A DNA stretch of 64,000 nt from the NCBI GenBank assembly GCA_963734635.1, contig CAVTIA010000012.1, positions 71,205 through 135,204 on the forward strand. Reading direction: 5' to 3'. Made by a program: the position numbers and the translations under genes. The stretch comes from an uncultured Acidobacteriota bacterium. GTDB taxonomy: Bacteria; Acidobacteriota; Vicinamibacteria; Vicinamibacterales; UBA2999. Below, in pieces: positions 50,112-58,987 of this stretch; the first letter of the stretch is position 1, and each line of letters begins with the position of its first letter. The notes beneath the pieces are model-generated. The model was given only the letters and a program-made list of their open reading frames with translations, ran no database searches and was not told the origin of the DNA.

Positions 50112-50213
50112 GATCGCACGCCGCTTTTGAAGTCTGCGGTGCGCAGCGTGGCGACAGCCACGCTGCGCGTTCCTCGTCACCTTCATTACCCAGCACCACA
50201 ACGTGAGGACGGC

Positions 50214-51362
50214 ATGATTTTCAGAGGGAGACACCTGATTCGCGGTGCCATCGCCACGACATTCGTGTGCCTGGTGGGAACCGTGCTTTCAGCCAGGCAG
50301 GCCGCCGCGCCGCAGCAGCCGCCAATGGCCGAGAACGTCTATCTGGACGTGCAGGTGCTCAAGGGCATTCCGGTGGACCGCTTCAACGACACGATGGGAA
50401 TGTTTGCCTCGGCGCTCCTTCTGGACTGTGTCGGCTGCCATGACGGCAGAATCACCTCCGACCCGAAGGCGTTTGCGCTGCCGACGCCGCGCATCTTGCG
50501 CGCACGCCAGATGGTCGTGATGATGAACAACCTGAACCGCATGTATTTCGGCGGCCAGCAGCGCATTACCTGCTTCACGTGCCACAACGGCGACCCGCAG
50601 CCGGAACGATCCCCGAGCCTCAGGCTCCAGTACGGTGAGCTCCTGAACGACCCCTCGTCTTTCAAATTTTTTCCCGACGTGGCGGCTCCGCCCGCGGAGA
50701 AAATACTCGCGCGCTACATCCAGGCCGTCGGAGGTGCTCAGCGACTTGCCGCGCTCACCAGCTTTTCGGCGACCGGCACCTACCTTGGCTTTGAGACGAG
50801 CGACACCGAAGTGCCGTTCGAAATAGTGGCGCGAGCGCCCGACCAGCGAGCAATGACGGCCGAAACGGGCGCCAACGACCTTCTCTGGATCTACAACGCC
50901 GCCAACGCGTGGCGGTATCACCCTGATACCCCGATCCCACTCATTCAATTCACGGGATGGAGCTTGAGCGGCACGCGCATCGACACGATGAGCCTCTTTC
51001 CCGCGGCGCTTGCAAAAGCGTTCGCACAGTTCCAGGTGGGCTACGCCAATATCGACGGCAAAGAGGTGGAGGTAGTCCGCGGGATCAACGAGGGCCAGTC
51101 GCCCGTGAACCTGCACTTCGATGAGTCGGGGATGCTCGTTCGCCTCGTCCGGTGGACCGAAACGGCAGCCGGTCCGGTTCCGGTCCAGATCGACTATTCT
51201 GATTACCGCGACGTTGCCGGCGTGAAAATGCCCTTCACCTGGACGACGACCTGGACGAACGGCCAGTCGTTTATCAAACTCAAAGAGATACGGCCGAACG
51301 TTCGCATCGACGACTCCCGATTTGCCAGACCCAACGTGGCGTCGCCGACATCGCTCAAATAG
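50214..51362 (+). CDS. reaction-centre-type c-type cytochrome domain fused to a LolA-like domain
   Basis: ..AENVYLDVQVLKGIPVDRFNDTMGMFASALLLDCVGCH.. and ..RITCFTCHNG.. (two CxxCH). C-terminal ..ILARYIQAVGGAQRLAALTSFSATG... Confidence 0.7.
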   Translation: MIFRGRHLIRGAIATTFVCLVGTVLSARQAAAPQQPPMAENVYLDVQVLKGIPVDRFNDTMGMFASALLLDCVGCHDGRITSDPKAFALPTPRILRARQMVVMMNNLNRMYFGGQQRITCFTCHNGDPQPERSPSLRLQYGELLNDPSSFKFFPDVAAPPAEKILARYIQAVGGAQRLAALTSFSATGTYLGFETSDTEVPFEIVARAPDQRAMTAETGANDLLWIYNAANAWRYHPDTPIPLIQFTGWSLSGTRIDTMSLFPAALAKAFAQFQVGYANIDGKEVEVVRGINEGQSPVNLHFDESGMLVRLVRWTETAAGPVPVQIDYSDYRDVAGVKMPFTWTTTWTNGQSFIKLKEIRPNVRIDDSRFARPNVASPTSLK

Positions 51363-51381
51363 GGAGGACCGTAGCTGTACT

Positions 51382-51411
51382 GGTAGCCGGAAGCCTTTAG
51401 GCTTCCGGACC
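51382..51411. repeat. REP-like element type C (GGTAG plus CCGGAAGCC-TTTA-GGCTTCCGG)
   Basis: 9-bp perfect stem at 51387..51395/51400..51408. Lies between TAGGGAGG (51360..51367) and the ATG at 51416. Confidence 0.8.
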
Positions 51412-51415
51412 TCCC

Positions 51416-52201
51416 ATGCATAACCTCGTCTCCCGACGGATTAACGCCGAGCGGCTCGTGATGTTCGGCTGGTCGCGCGCCATCCTGCTGCAGCTCGCAC
51501 ATCCGCTCGTGGCGGCCGGCGTGACCGAGCACAGCTCATTCCGCGGCGGCGGCATTTCTGCGATTCTGAGGCTGCATCACACGATCCGCGTCATGCTCGC
51601 GCTCGTCTTCGGCGACGAGTCCGCGCGCCGCGCCGCCCTCGACGGGATTCGCACCATCCATCGGCGCGTGAACGGGCGCCTCCCTGCCGCGGCAGGCATT
51701 TTCCCCGCACGCACGCCCTACTCCGCCGAGGATCCGGATCTCGTGCTCTGGGTGCACGCCACGCTGCTCGAGTCGATTCCGATGGTGTACGAGCTGCTGG
51801 TTCAGCCACTTTCCAATACCGAGCGCGACGCGTACTGCGCCGAGGGCGCAGCGACCGCGATCGAACTGGGCGCACGAACCGATCAGGTTCCGCGCACGTG
51901 GGGCGAGAACGCCGCCTACGTCGAGCGCATGTCCCGGTCCGGCGCGATTGCTGTCGGCGCGCAGGCGCGCGAGCTCGCGGCACTCGTCGTGTCGCCTCCT
52001 TTCGGACGCCTCGCCGCGCCAGCCGCATGGACGAACCGGCTGATTACTGTCGGGCTCCTGCCAGAAGAGATCCGGCGTCAGTTCGGATTCGTATGGAGTA
52101 AGAGAAGTGCACGACGGATGCGGCGCGTCGCGGCTCTCGTCCGCTCGGTACGACATGTGACGCCGAAGGCCCTGGCACTGTGGCCCGAGGCTCACATGTA
52201 G
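51416..52201 (+). CDS. DUF2236 / MpaB-family oxygenase-like protein
   Basis: ..RINAERLVMFGWSRAILLQLAHPLVAAGVTEHSSF.., ..IRTIHRRVNG... Confidence 0.6.
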   Translation: MHNLVSRRINAERLVMFGWSRAILLQLAHPLVAAGVTEHSSFRGGGISAILRLHHTIRVMLALVFGDESARRAALDGIRTIHRRVNGRLPAAAGIFPARTPYSAEDPDLVLWVHATLLESIPMVYELLVQPLSNTERDAYCAEGAATAIELGARTDQVPRTWGENAAYVERMSRSGAIAVGAQARELAALVVSPPFGRLAAPAAWTNRLITVGLLPEEIRRQFGFVWSKRSARRMRRVAALVRSVRHVTPKALALWPEAHM

Positions 52202-52218
52202 GCTGTTATCATCCATTT

Positions 52219-53505
52219 GTGAAGCTACACAACAAGCTGGCCATCGCGCTCCTGCTCGGCATCGCGCTCGGCGCAGCGCTTCATCCATACGCCGATAACC
52301 CGGGACTCGTCGCGTTCAACATGCACGTGCTCCGGCCGATCGGCCAGATCTTTCTCCGTTCGATCTTCATGATCGTCGTTCCGATGGTCTTCTCGGCGCT
52401 GGTGATCGGCGTCTATCAACTGGGCCGCGGCCACAACCTGTCCGGTGTGGCCGGCCGCACGCTGGCCTTCACCGTCGTCCTCAGCTCGGCTTCAGTCGCG
52501 ATCGGCGTGGCGCTCGTCAACCTGCTGCAGCCCGGGCGAGGGTTTCAGCTCGGCAGCGCGGCAGGTGCCGCTTCCGGCGTTCAGGCCATCCAATCCAATG
52601 CCGCGGCCGCGAAGCCGCTCAGCGATGTGCTCATCGAGCTCATCCCACGCAACCCGCTGGAGTCTGCGGTGCGGGCGCTCGACGGCGAAATGCTGCCGCT
52701 GATGGTCTTCGCCGTGATATTCGGCGTTGCGGTCAGCGGCCTCGCGAAGGGCAAAGACGAAGACGAGGTCGTCCTCGTGCGCGTCTTCGAGCAGATCTTC
52801 GATGCGTGCATGCGCATTGTCCATTTCGCTATGCTGCTCGCCCCCTTTGCGGTGTTCGCGATCGTCTTCAACACCGCGTTCACCTTCGGCACGAGCATCG
52901 TCGCCTCGCTGATGTTCTACGTTGCCACGGTCGTCGCCGGGCTGCTGATCCAGCAGTTCGGCGTGTACTCGGCGCTTCTCTGGACAGTTGCGCGACGGGC
53001 GCCAGGCGAGTTTTTCCGCAAGTGCCGTGAGGTGTACCTCTACGCCTTCTCCACCGCCTCGTCCAATGCGACGCTGCCGCTATCGCTGGATGTAGCCGAG
53101 CACAAGCTGCACCTGCCTCCACAGATCTCGCGCTTCGTGTTGACGGTCGGGTCGACGGCCAATCAGAACGGCACCGCGCTGTTCGAAGGGGTCACGGTTC
53201 TGTTCCTGGCGCAGGTATACGGTCTCGACCTGGCCGTCGGTCAGCAGATCCGCGTGATGGTGATGTCGATTCTTGCAGGGGTCGGCACCGCCGGAGTCCC
53301 TGGCGGTTCGCTGCCGATGGTCATGATCGTCGCGCAGTCGGTCGGCATTCCTGCCGAGGGGATGGCACTGATTCTGGGCGTCGATCGGTTCCTCGACATG
53401 TGCCGGACCGCGGTCAACGTCAGCGGCGACCTCGTGATTGCCGCGCTCGTCAGTGGACGCGAGGTGCGAACGTTCGCGCCCGCCGAAGTCGTGGCCGATC
53501 GCTAA
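52219..53505 (+). CDS. dicarboxylate/amino acid:cation symporter (DAACS family)
   Basis: ..AFSTASSNATLPLS.., ..GSTANQNGTALFEGV.., ..GVPGGSL... Start GTG at 52219 (an upstream in-frame start at 52180 is possible). Confidence 0.8.
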   Translation: MKLHNKLAIALLLGIALGAALHPYADNPGLVAFNMHVLRPIGQIFLRSIFMIVVPMVFSALVIGVYQLGRGHNLSGVAGRTLAFTVVLSSASVAIGVALVNLLQPGRGFQLGSAAGAASGVQAIQSNAAAAKPLSDVLIELIPRNPLESAVRALDGEMLPLMVFAVIFGVAVSGLAKGKDEDEVVLVRVFEQIFDACMRIVHFAMLLAPFAVFAIVFNTAFTFGTSIVASLMFYVATVVAGLLIQQFGVYSALLWTVARRAPGEFFRKCREVYLYAFSTASSNATLPLSLDVAEHKLHLPPQISRFVLTVGSTANQNGTALFEGVTVLFLAQVYGLDLAVGQQIRVMVMSILAGVGTAGVPGGSLPMVMIVAQSVGIPAEGMALILGVDRFLDMCRTAVNVSGDLVIAALVSGREVRTFAPAEVVADR

Positions 53506-53634
53506 GCTCCATCCGTCGCTCATTCTGCGCACCTCACTGAGTCTCGCCAGCTGATGCGGCGCCGCATCGCGTGAGGAAGTCCCGCTCATCACCGATCACA
53601 TCGCCCATTTTCAGATCTCCGGCGCGCGTAGGCG

Positions 53635-55896
53635 TCAGAAGTCCACGAGCCTGGTGTATTTGACGATGAACGATCGGCCGAGCAGCGTGTCGCCAGTGAA
53701 GTCAGCGGTGTCGCGCCGATGGTTGTAGACCGCGAACAGCCCTGTGCCGCTGCGATTCAACAACGCCAGACGGATGTTCGACGAGATCGTCGCCGTTTGC
53801 CGGTTGTACTGGATGAGTCCCTGCACACTGGCGAGGCTCGTGAACGAATACCCGACATTGATCGGGACCAGATCGTTCTTGAAGTTACCGAATGGGAGCT
53901 TGATGTCGTCGCGGTTCCATCCGGCCGACGAGATGAGCCGCGCACCCAGGCGGACGCCCAGCGCGACCTCCCAGCCGAAATGATCCCCGTCGTAGAACCG
54001 GCCGTTCTTGGTTTGCACTGCGACGTTCACGGGTGCGCTCGGGTCGGATATGTACTCCACGCCGCCGGTCACCGACACGTACTCACCCGGCGGGATGATC
54101 ACGCGTCGTCCAGAGACGTCCTGATACACCGTGAAGGGACGGAGCGGGCGGTCCTGGCCAATGTCCATCGTGTACGTGATGCGGCCGCCGCGTTGCGGCT
54201 GGATCTCGAACACGTGCCAGTGACCGTACGTGCTCTCGAGCCGGTTCTGCAGGTCCAGGTACACGTTGTAATTCAGCGTGGACACGAGTCGCCGAATCGA
54301 CGGCCAGCGCTTGGGCTGGTACGAAAAGCCGTAGCGGCTTTCCAAACGGCGGTAGGCGCTGCGCTGCAGGAAACCAACCTCAGGGTTGAACCTGTCGCCC
54401 ACCTGTGAATAGCCCACCGCGGTGCTCCAGACAGGGCCGGCATAGTTGTAATAGGCACGGCCGGCATAGTCTGAGCCTCCCTTGCTGACCGGAGAATCAG
54501 TGCGCGCGAAAAAGGCGAACAGGCGGCCATTCGTCGAGGTTTGCCACGCCGCATCGAGACCGTACGCACGGTTGAAGTCGTCGGCCGACGCCAGACTCCC
54601 GGTGCCCTGGCGGTTGACGACGATACCGCCGAAGTTCGAGCGGCCAATCTCGCGCTGCAGGCGTACCACCGTAAAGTTGTTGGCAGGTGTCAGAGGTGCG
54701 CCGGTCCGATGGTCGAAGGCCTTGTCGGTCTGAAGATTCAACAGCCCGATGTTGAAGCCGCCACCAAGCTTGCCGCTCAGGCGCGCGCCGCCGAGGATGT
54801 CGATTGGCTGCCCGGTCGGATCCAGGCCGATGCGGCGTGAGAAAAACAGATCGACGCCTTGCGGCTGGCCGACTTGAAACAACTGAGCGTTCTCGAGAAA
54901 GAACGGCCGCTTCTCCGGGAAGACCAGCGCGAACCGGGTCAGATTCACCTGTTCTTCGTCGGCTTCGACCTGTGCGAAATCGGTATTGACCGTTGCGTCG
55001 AGCGTCAGGTCGGCCCGCACTCCCCACTTCACGTCGATGCCCAGGCTACCGGTGCGGTCGACCTCGTTGGTGCGGAGGGTTCTGTCGTCGTTGACCGACC
55101 CGGACACGTACGGAATGAATCGCAGATCCCGCCGCGTGGGCAGGCTCAGGCCATTCAGCTTGCCGCTGGCGGAGACACGGTAGAGCGAATATCCGCGCGG
55201 CACGGGCGACAGAAAGACCTGCTCGTTCTTGCGTCGGATGTTACGCATGACGTTAAGGCCCCACGTCCGGTCGGGTCCCGGGTTGTACCGCAGTGTCCTC
55301 AGCGGAATCGCAAACTCGGCTTCCCAGCCGCGTTCGGTGGTGCTCGCGCGCACCGTCCAGTCGGCGTCCCAGTTGGCGTTGAATCCCCTCACCTGTCCGC
55401 GTTGGGATCCGCCGACGCCGGACTGAATGAACCCGCCAGCCGATGTCTGTCCCTCGCCCATCACCTGGCCGTCCAGTTCGATGCCGAACGGGTTGGTCCC
55501 GAAGACGAAGGCGTTCTGGCCGTCGTCGAAAGTATCGAGAAGGATCTCGATCGAATCGGTATCGGCAAGACTCGCATCGCGGCGGCTTTCGCTGACGACG
55601 ATCTCTGCAGGCGCCGAGTCGTAACAGATGACGGCGACGTAGAGATTGCGGCTATCGATCAGGAAGCGGACCTCAGTGCGTTCGGTGGCCGGCTGGCCTT
55701 CGTTCGGTTCCTGCTGAATGAAGTCGCCATACGGTTCGGCGAGCTGCCATTCGTTCTCGGAGACGCGTCCATCTATGGTCGGGCCTTCCCCATCGGTCAG
55801 GCGGCCGACGGTGAGCTGCGGCACGTTCTGGGCTACCGCGGAGCACAGCGAAACCACAATGAAAACCGCAACAAATAAGGCACGATGTATGGGCAT
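53635..55896 (-). CDS. secreted CBM9-like plus DUF5916 domain protein
   Basis: Signal MPIHRALFVAVFIVVSLCSAVAQ. ..IDGRVSENEWQLAEPYGDFIQQEPNEGQPATERTEVRFLIDSRNLYVAV... Long beta-rich body. C-terminal ..KYTRLVDF. Confidence 0.65.
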   Translation of the reverse strand: MPIHRALFVAVFIVVSLCSAVAQNVPQLTVGRLTDGEGPTIDGRVSENEWQLAEPYGDFIQQEPNEGQPATERTEVRFLIDSRNLYVAVICYDSAPAEIVVSESRRDASLADTDSIEILLDTFDDGQNAFVFGTNPFGIELDGQVMGEGQTSAGGFIQSGVGGSQRGQVRGFNANWDADWTVRASTTERGWEAEFAIPLRTLRYNPGPDRTWGLNVMRNIRRKNEQVFLSPVPRGYSLYRVSASGKLNGLSLPTRRDLRFIPYVSGSVNDDRTLRTNEVDRTGSLGIDVKWGVRADLTLDATVNTDFAQVEADEEQVNLTRFALVFPEKRPFFLENAQLFQVGQPQGVDLFFSRRIGLDPTGQPIDILGGARLSGKLGGGFNIGLLNLQTDKAFDHRTGAPLTPANNFTVVRLQREIGRSNFGGIVVNRQGTGSLASADDFNRAYGLDAAWQTSTNGRLFAFFARTDSPVSKGGSDYAGRAYYNYAGPVWSTAVGYSQVGDRFNPEVGFLQRSAYRRLESRYGFSYQPKRWPSIRRLVSTLNYNVYLDLQNRLESTYGHWHVFEIQPQRGGRITYTMDIGQDRPLRPFTVYQDVSGRRVIIPPGEYVSVTGGVEYISDPSAPVNVAVQTKNGRFYDGDHFGWEVALGVRLGARLISSAGWNRDDIKLPFGNFKNDLVPINVGYSFTSLASVQGLIQYNRQTATISSNIRLALLNRSGTGLFAVYNHRRDTADFTGDTLLGRSFIVKYTRLVDF

Positions 55897-56005
55897 GGGC
55901 GCGGAATGATACTACGCGCCACGTGGCTGACTGGTGGCGGTGTATGTAAGATGACTTGTTCGAGGTAACGAGGACGGCGCCCTTCGGTTGGCCAGGACAT
56001 CGAAT

Positions 56006-56548
56006 ATGGAACACGACCTGTCAAACACTGTCGCCCTTCTCACGCGCATGCCGGCCGTTCTGGATGCGCTGCTCCGCCATGTGCCGGATGCGTGGTCGCA
56101 TAAACACGAAGGCGAGAACACCTGGAGCGCATTCGAGGTGGTTGGCCACTTAATCCACGCAGAGCGCGTGGACTGGATGCCGCGTTTGAGGTTGATCCTG
56201 GGAAGCTGGGAGGCGCGGGAATTCGAGCCGTTCGACAGGATGGGCCACGTCCGGGAGGTTGAAGGCAGATCGCTGGGCGACCTGCTGGACGAGTTTGCAC
56301 GTGTCCGTTCTCACAACCTTACCGACCTCCACGGATTGAGGCTGAGTGAGGACGACCTGGACAGGCGGGGACTCCACCCTGCGCTTGGATCGGTCACACT
56401 GTCGCAGCTACTGGCGACATGGGCGGTGCACGACCTGACGCACCTTCATCAGATTTCCAGAATCATGGCGCATCAGTACCGAGAAGCGGTCGGACCGTGG
56501 AGCCAATACCTGGGCGTTCTCCGCTGCCAGGGTCACAGCGCGGCATAG
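56006..56548 (+). CDS. DinB-family protein
   Basis: ..WSAFEVVGHLIHAERVDW.. and ..TWAVHDLTHLHQI.. histidine pattern. Confidence 0.65.
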   Translation: MEHDLSNTVALLTRMPAVLDALLRHVPDAWSHKHEGENTWSAFEVVGHLIHAERVDWMPRLRLILGSWEAREFEPFDRMGHVREVEGRSLGDLLDEFARVRSHNLTDLHGLRLSEDDLDRRGLHPALGSVTLSQLLATWAVHDLTHLHQISRIMAHQYREAVGPWSQYLGVLRCQGHSAA

Positions 56549-56633
56549 CCGCAACCACAATCACCTTAGCGAAGCGGACAACCGTCAGCATGCGAGCGGT
56601 GGCCGCCGGCAACTGACTGCTGACCCGACAGAA

Positions 56634-56680
56634 CTACGAAGGTTTTCGTATTGACATCTACGAAGTCCTTCGTAGATAAT
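56634..56680 (+). promoter_or_regulatory. sigma70-type promoter flanked and overlapped by two CTACGAAG palindromic operators
   Basis: TACGAA-GGTT-TTCGTA (56635..56650). TTGACA (56651..56656). CTACGAAG-TC-CTTCGTAG (56658..56675). GATAAT (56675..56680, 18-nt spacing). The ATG at 56687 follows with no SD. Confidence 0.65.
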
Positions 56681-56686
56681 CCGACC

Positions 56687-57070
56687 ATGGTTACACGTTC
56701 TGCCAGGAAGCCGACCGACGCCGAGCTGGCCATCTTGCGTGTGCTCTGGTCGCTTGGGCCCAGCACCGTCCGCGAAGTGGCGCGCGAAATGGGCCGGGAG
56801 AGCGCCTACACGACCATCCTGAAACTTCTGCAGATCATGACCGAGAAGCGCCTCGTCCGACGGGACGAGTCGCCGCGTACGCATGTGTACGAGGCGGTCC
56901 TGACCGAGGGTGACACTCAGCAGCAACTTGTCACCGATCTGCTCGAAAAGGTGTTCGACGGGTCGGCCAGCAAGCTGGTGATGCAGGCACTCGCGGCGAA
57001 AAAGACGTCTCGCAAGGAGCTGGCCGAAATTCGGAAATTGCTGGATCAACAGCGAGGAGGCCGCCGATGA
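56687..57070 (+). CDS. BlaI/MecI/CopY-family transcriptional repressor
   Basis: MVTRSARKPTDAELAILRVLWSLGPSTVREVAREM..YTTILKLLQIMTEKRLV... Stop overlaps the next start (ATGA). Confidence 0.8.
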   Translation: MVTRSARKPTDAELAILRVLWSLGPSTVREVAREMGRESAYTTILKLLQIMTEKRLVRRDESPRTHVYEAVLTEGDTQQQLVTDLLEKVFDGSASKLVMQALAAKKTSRKELAEIRKLLDQQRGGRR

Positions 57071-58888
57071 GTCCCTGGACGCACGTGGTCGGCTGGACCC
57101 TGATTCATTTCGTATGGCAAGGCGCCGTACTGGCCGCTGTTGCTGCCGGTAGCGTTGCGGTTCTATCGGCAACGCGCAGCAAACGCTCGTTACGCCATTG
57201 CCTGTGTGGTGCTGGCGACGATGTTGGCGGCAGCAGCGGTCACTGCACTCGTCCTGGCGACGCGAGATGTGACGGTCGCGCCTGCCGTGCGCCTGTCTCA
57301 GACCTCCGCGCCGCCTGCAGTCGCATCGGCCCGGCTGCGTAGCTGGACAGACAACGACATTTTCTCGATACGCTCGGTTTCTTCGGCGGACATCGACGCC
57401 TTGCTTCCCGTCATCGTCTTCGTCTGGCTGGCGGGCGTGACGATGCTGCTCGTGCGGATGGCCGGCGGCTTGTGGCACGTGCGCCGTTTACAGGTGGCGT
57501 CACTCGCGGCCGCCCCTTCGCGCTGGCAGGCAGCGGCTGAACGAATTGCATCCGGGCTCGGCCTGCGAATGGCCGTCCACGTCGTCGAGTCGGTGCTCGT
57601 CGAGACACCGGCCGCTGTTGGCTGGCTGCGTCCGGTGATTCTCCTGCCGATTGCGGCACTCGCGAATCTGACGCCCCTCTCAAGTCGAAGCGATCCTCGC
57701 ACACGAGCTGATCCACATCCGGCGACATGATTACCTGGTCAACGTGGCCCAGACAGTGGCTGAAACTCTGTTGTTCTTTCATCCGGGTGTGTGGTGGGTC
57801 TCGGGACAAATACGCGTGGAACGCGAACATTGTTGTGACGATGTCGCAGTACAGGTGTGCGGCGATCCCGTGGACTATGCGACCGCGCTCGCCGAGCTCG
57901 AAGCGTGGCGGTCTCGCGGGACCACGCTGGCGCTCGCTGCATCCGACGGATCACTTGCCGGACGTGTTCGTCGGGTGCTGAAAGTCCCGATGGGGCACGA
58001 AGCACGGTCACTGAGTTGGGTGGTCACACTCGGGTTGACATTCGTGTCGGCCGTTGTGATGGGCGGTGTCTATGTGTCGTCGTTTGGCCCCGAGCAGCGC
58101 TGTGGACTTCGAGCAGTGGCGCACAAATCGAACCGATTGCATCACCAGGCCCGTTCGACTGGCAGGTTCGTGCAACGAACCACTTCGACATTTACTATTA
58201 CCCGGCGCTTACACCGATTCTCGAGCAAGTAGCGGAGTCAGCCGAGCGTGCCTATCAGCGAATCAGCTCGGAGCTGCAGCACAACGTTCCGTTCAGGGTC
58301 CCACTGATTCTCTTCAAGACGCGCAGCGACTTTGCGCAGCAGACCATCATTCCCGACGTGGGAGGGGCGGGAGCGATTGCCCGAGGCGAGGTGATCTCCT
58401 TTTCGGAGCCCAGGCGCAACCGGGTCGTCATTCTCGTCGAGGAGGAGCCGGACAGGTTGTATCGGCTAATCACCCATGAACTGACCCACATTTTTGCCTT
58501 CGACATCATCCCGCGATCTCCGGCCAACGTCCATCGCGTACCCCCATGGATCGACGAGGGGTTTGCCGAGTACATGGCCGGCGTGTGGGATCCGGACCAC
58601 CTGCAGCAGATACGCGAGCTGGTCCTGGCGGACAGGGTGCCAAAAATATCTGCGCTTACAGGAACCGTGGACGGTCAATCGCATGTAGTGGCCGCGCAAC
58701 TCGGTCACGCTGTCTTTGAATTCATCGAAGCGGAATACGGGAAGCCAGCTGTCTGGCAGTTCCTTCTCGAAGTACGAAGGAGCGTCGTCGACGGCGCCGC
58801 CGACCCCTTTCAAGCAGCGTTCAACAGGTCACCCGAGGAGCTCGATTCGGCATTCGCGAGCTACCTCCGAAGACGATTCAGCCTGTAA
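57067..58888 (+). pseudogene. BlaR1-like M56 peptidase sensor with C-terminal peptidase-MA-like domain, at least 3 frameshifts
   Basis: Frames 1>2>3>2: ..GWTLIHFVWQGAVLAA | LLPVALRFYRQRAANARYAIAC..IAALANLTP | SQVEAILAHELIHIRRHDYLVN..FFHPGVWW.. | ..NHFDIYYYP..LITHELTHIFAFD..WIDEGFAEY... Shifts near 57140, at C4 run 57674-57677, and within 58085-58140. Confidence 0.75.
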
Positions 58889-58987
58889 GCGCCGGCGCCT
58901 GCAAATACCAGGGCCATGAACGGCTCTGCGAGAGAGCGGGCGGTCCTTCCGAAGAAGAGCCGCCGCCAGTTGAGCTCGAGCGTACTC

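Noticed and set aside
54859-55878. 339-aa plus-strand ORF opposite the DUF5916 gene
   Set aside because: Antisense shadow ORF. The minus-strand product has a signal peptide, a CBM9-like N-domain and a terminal aromatic residue.
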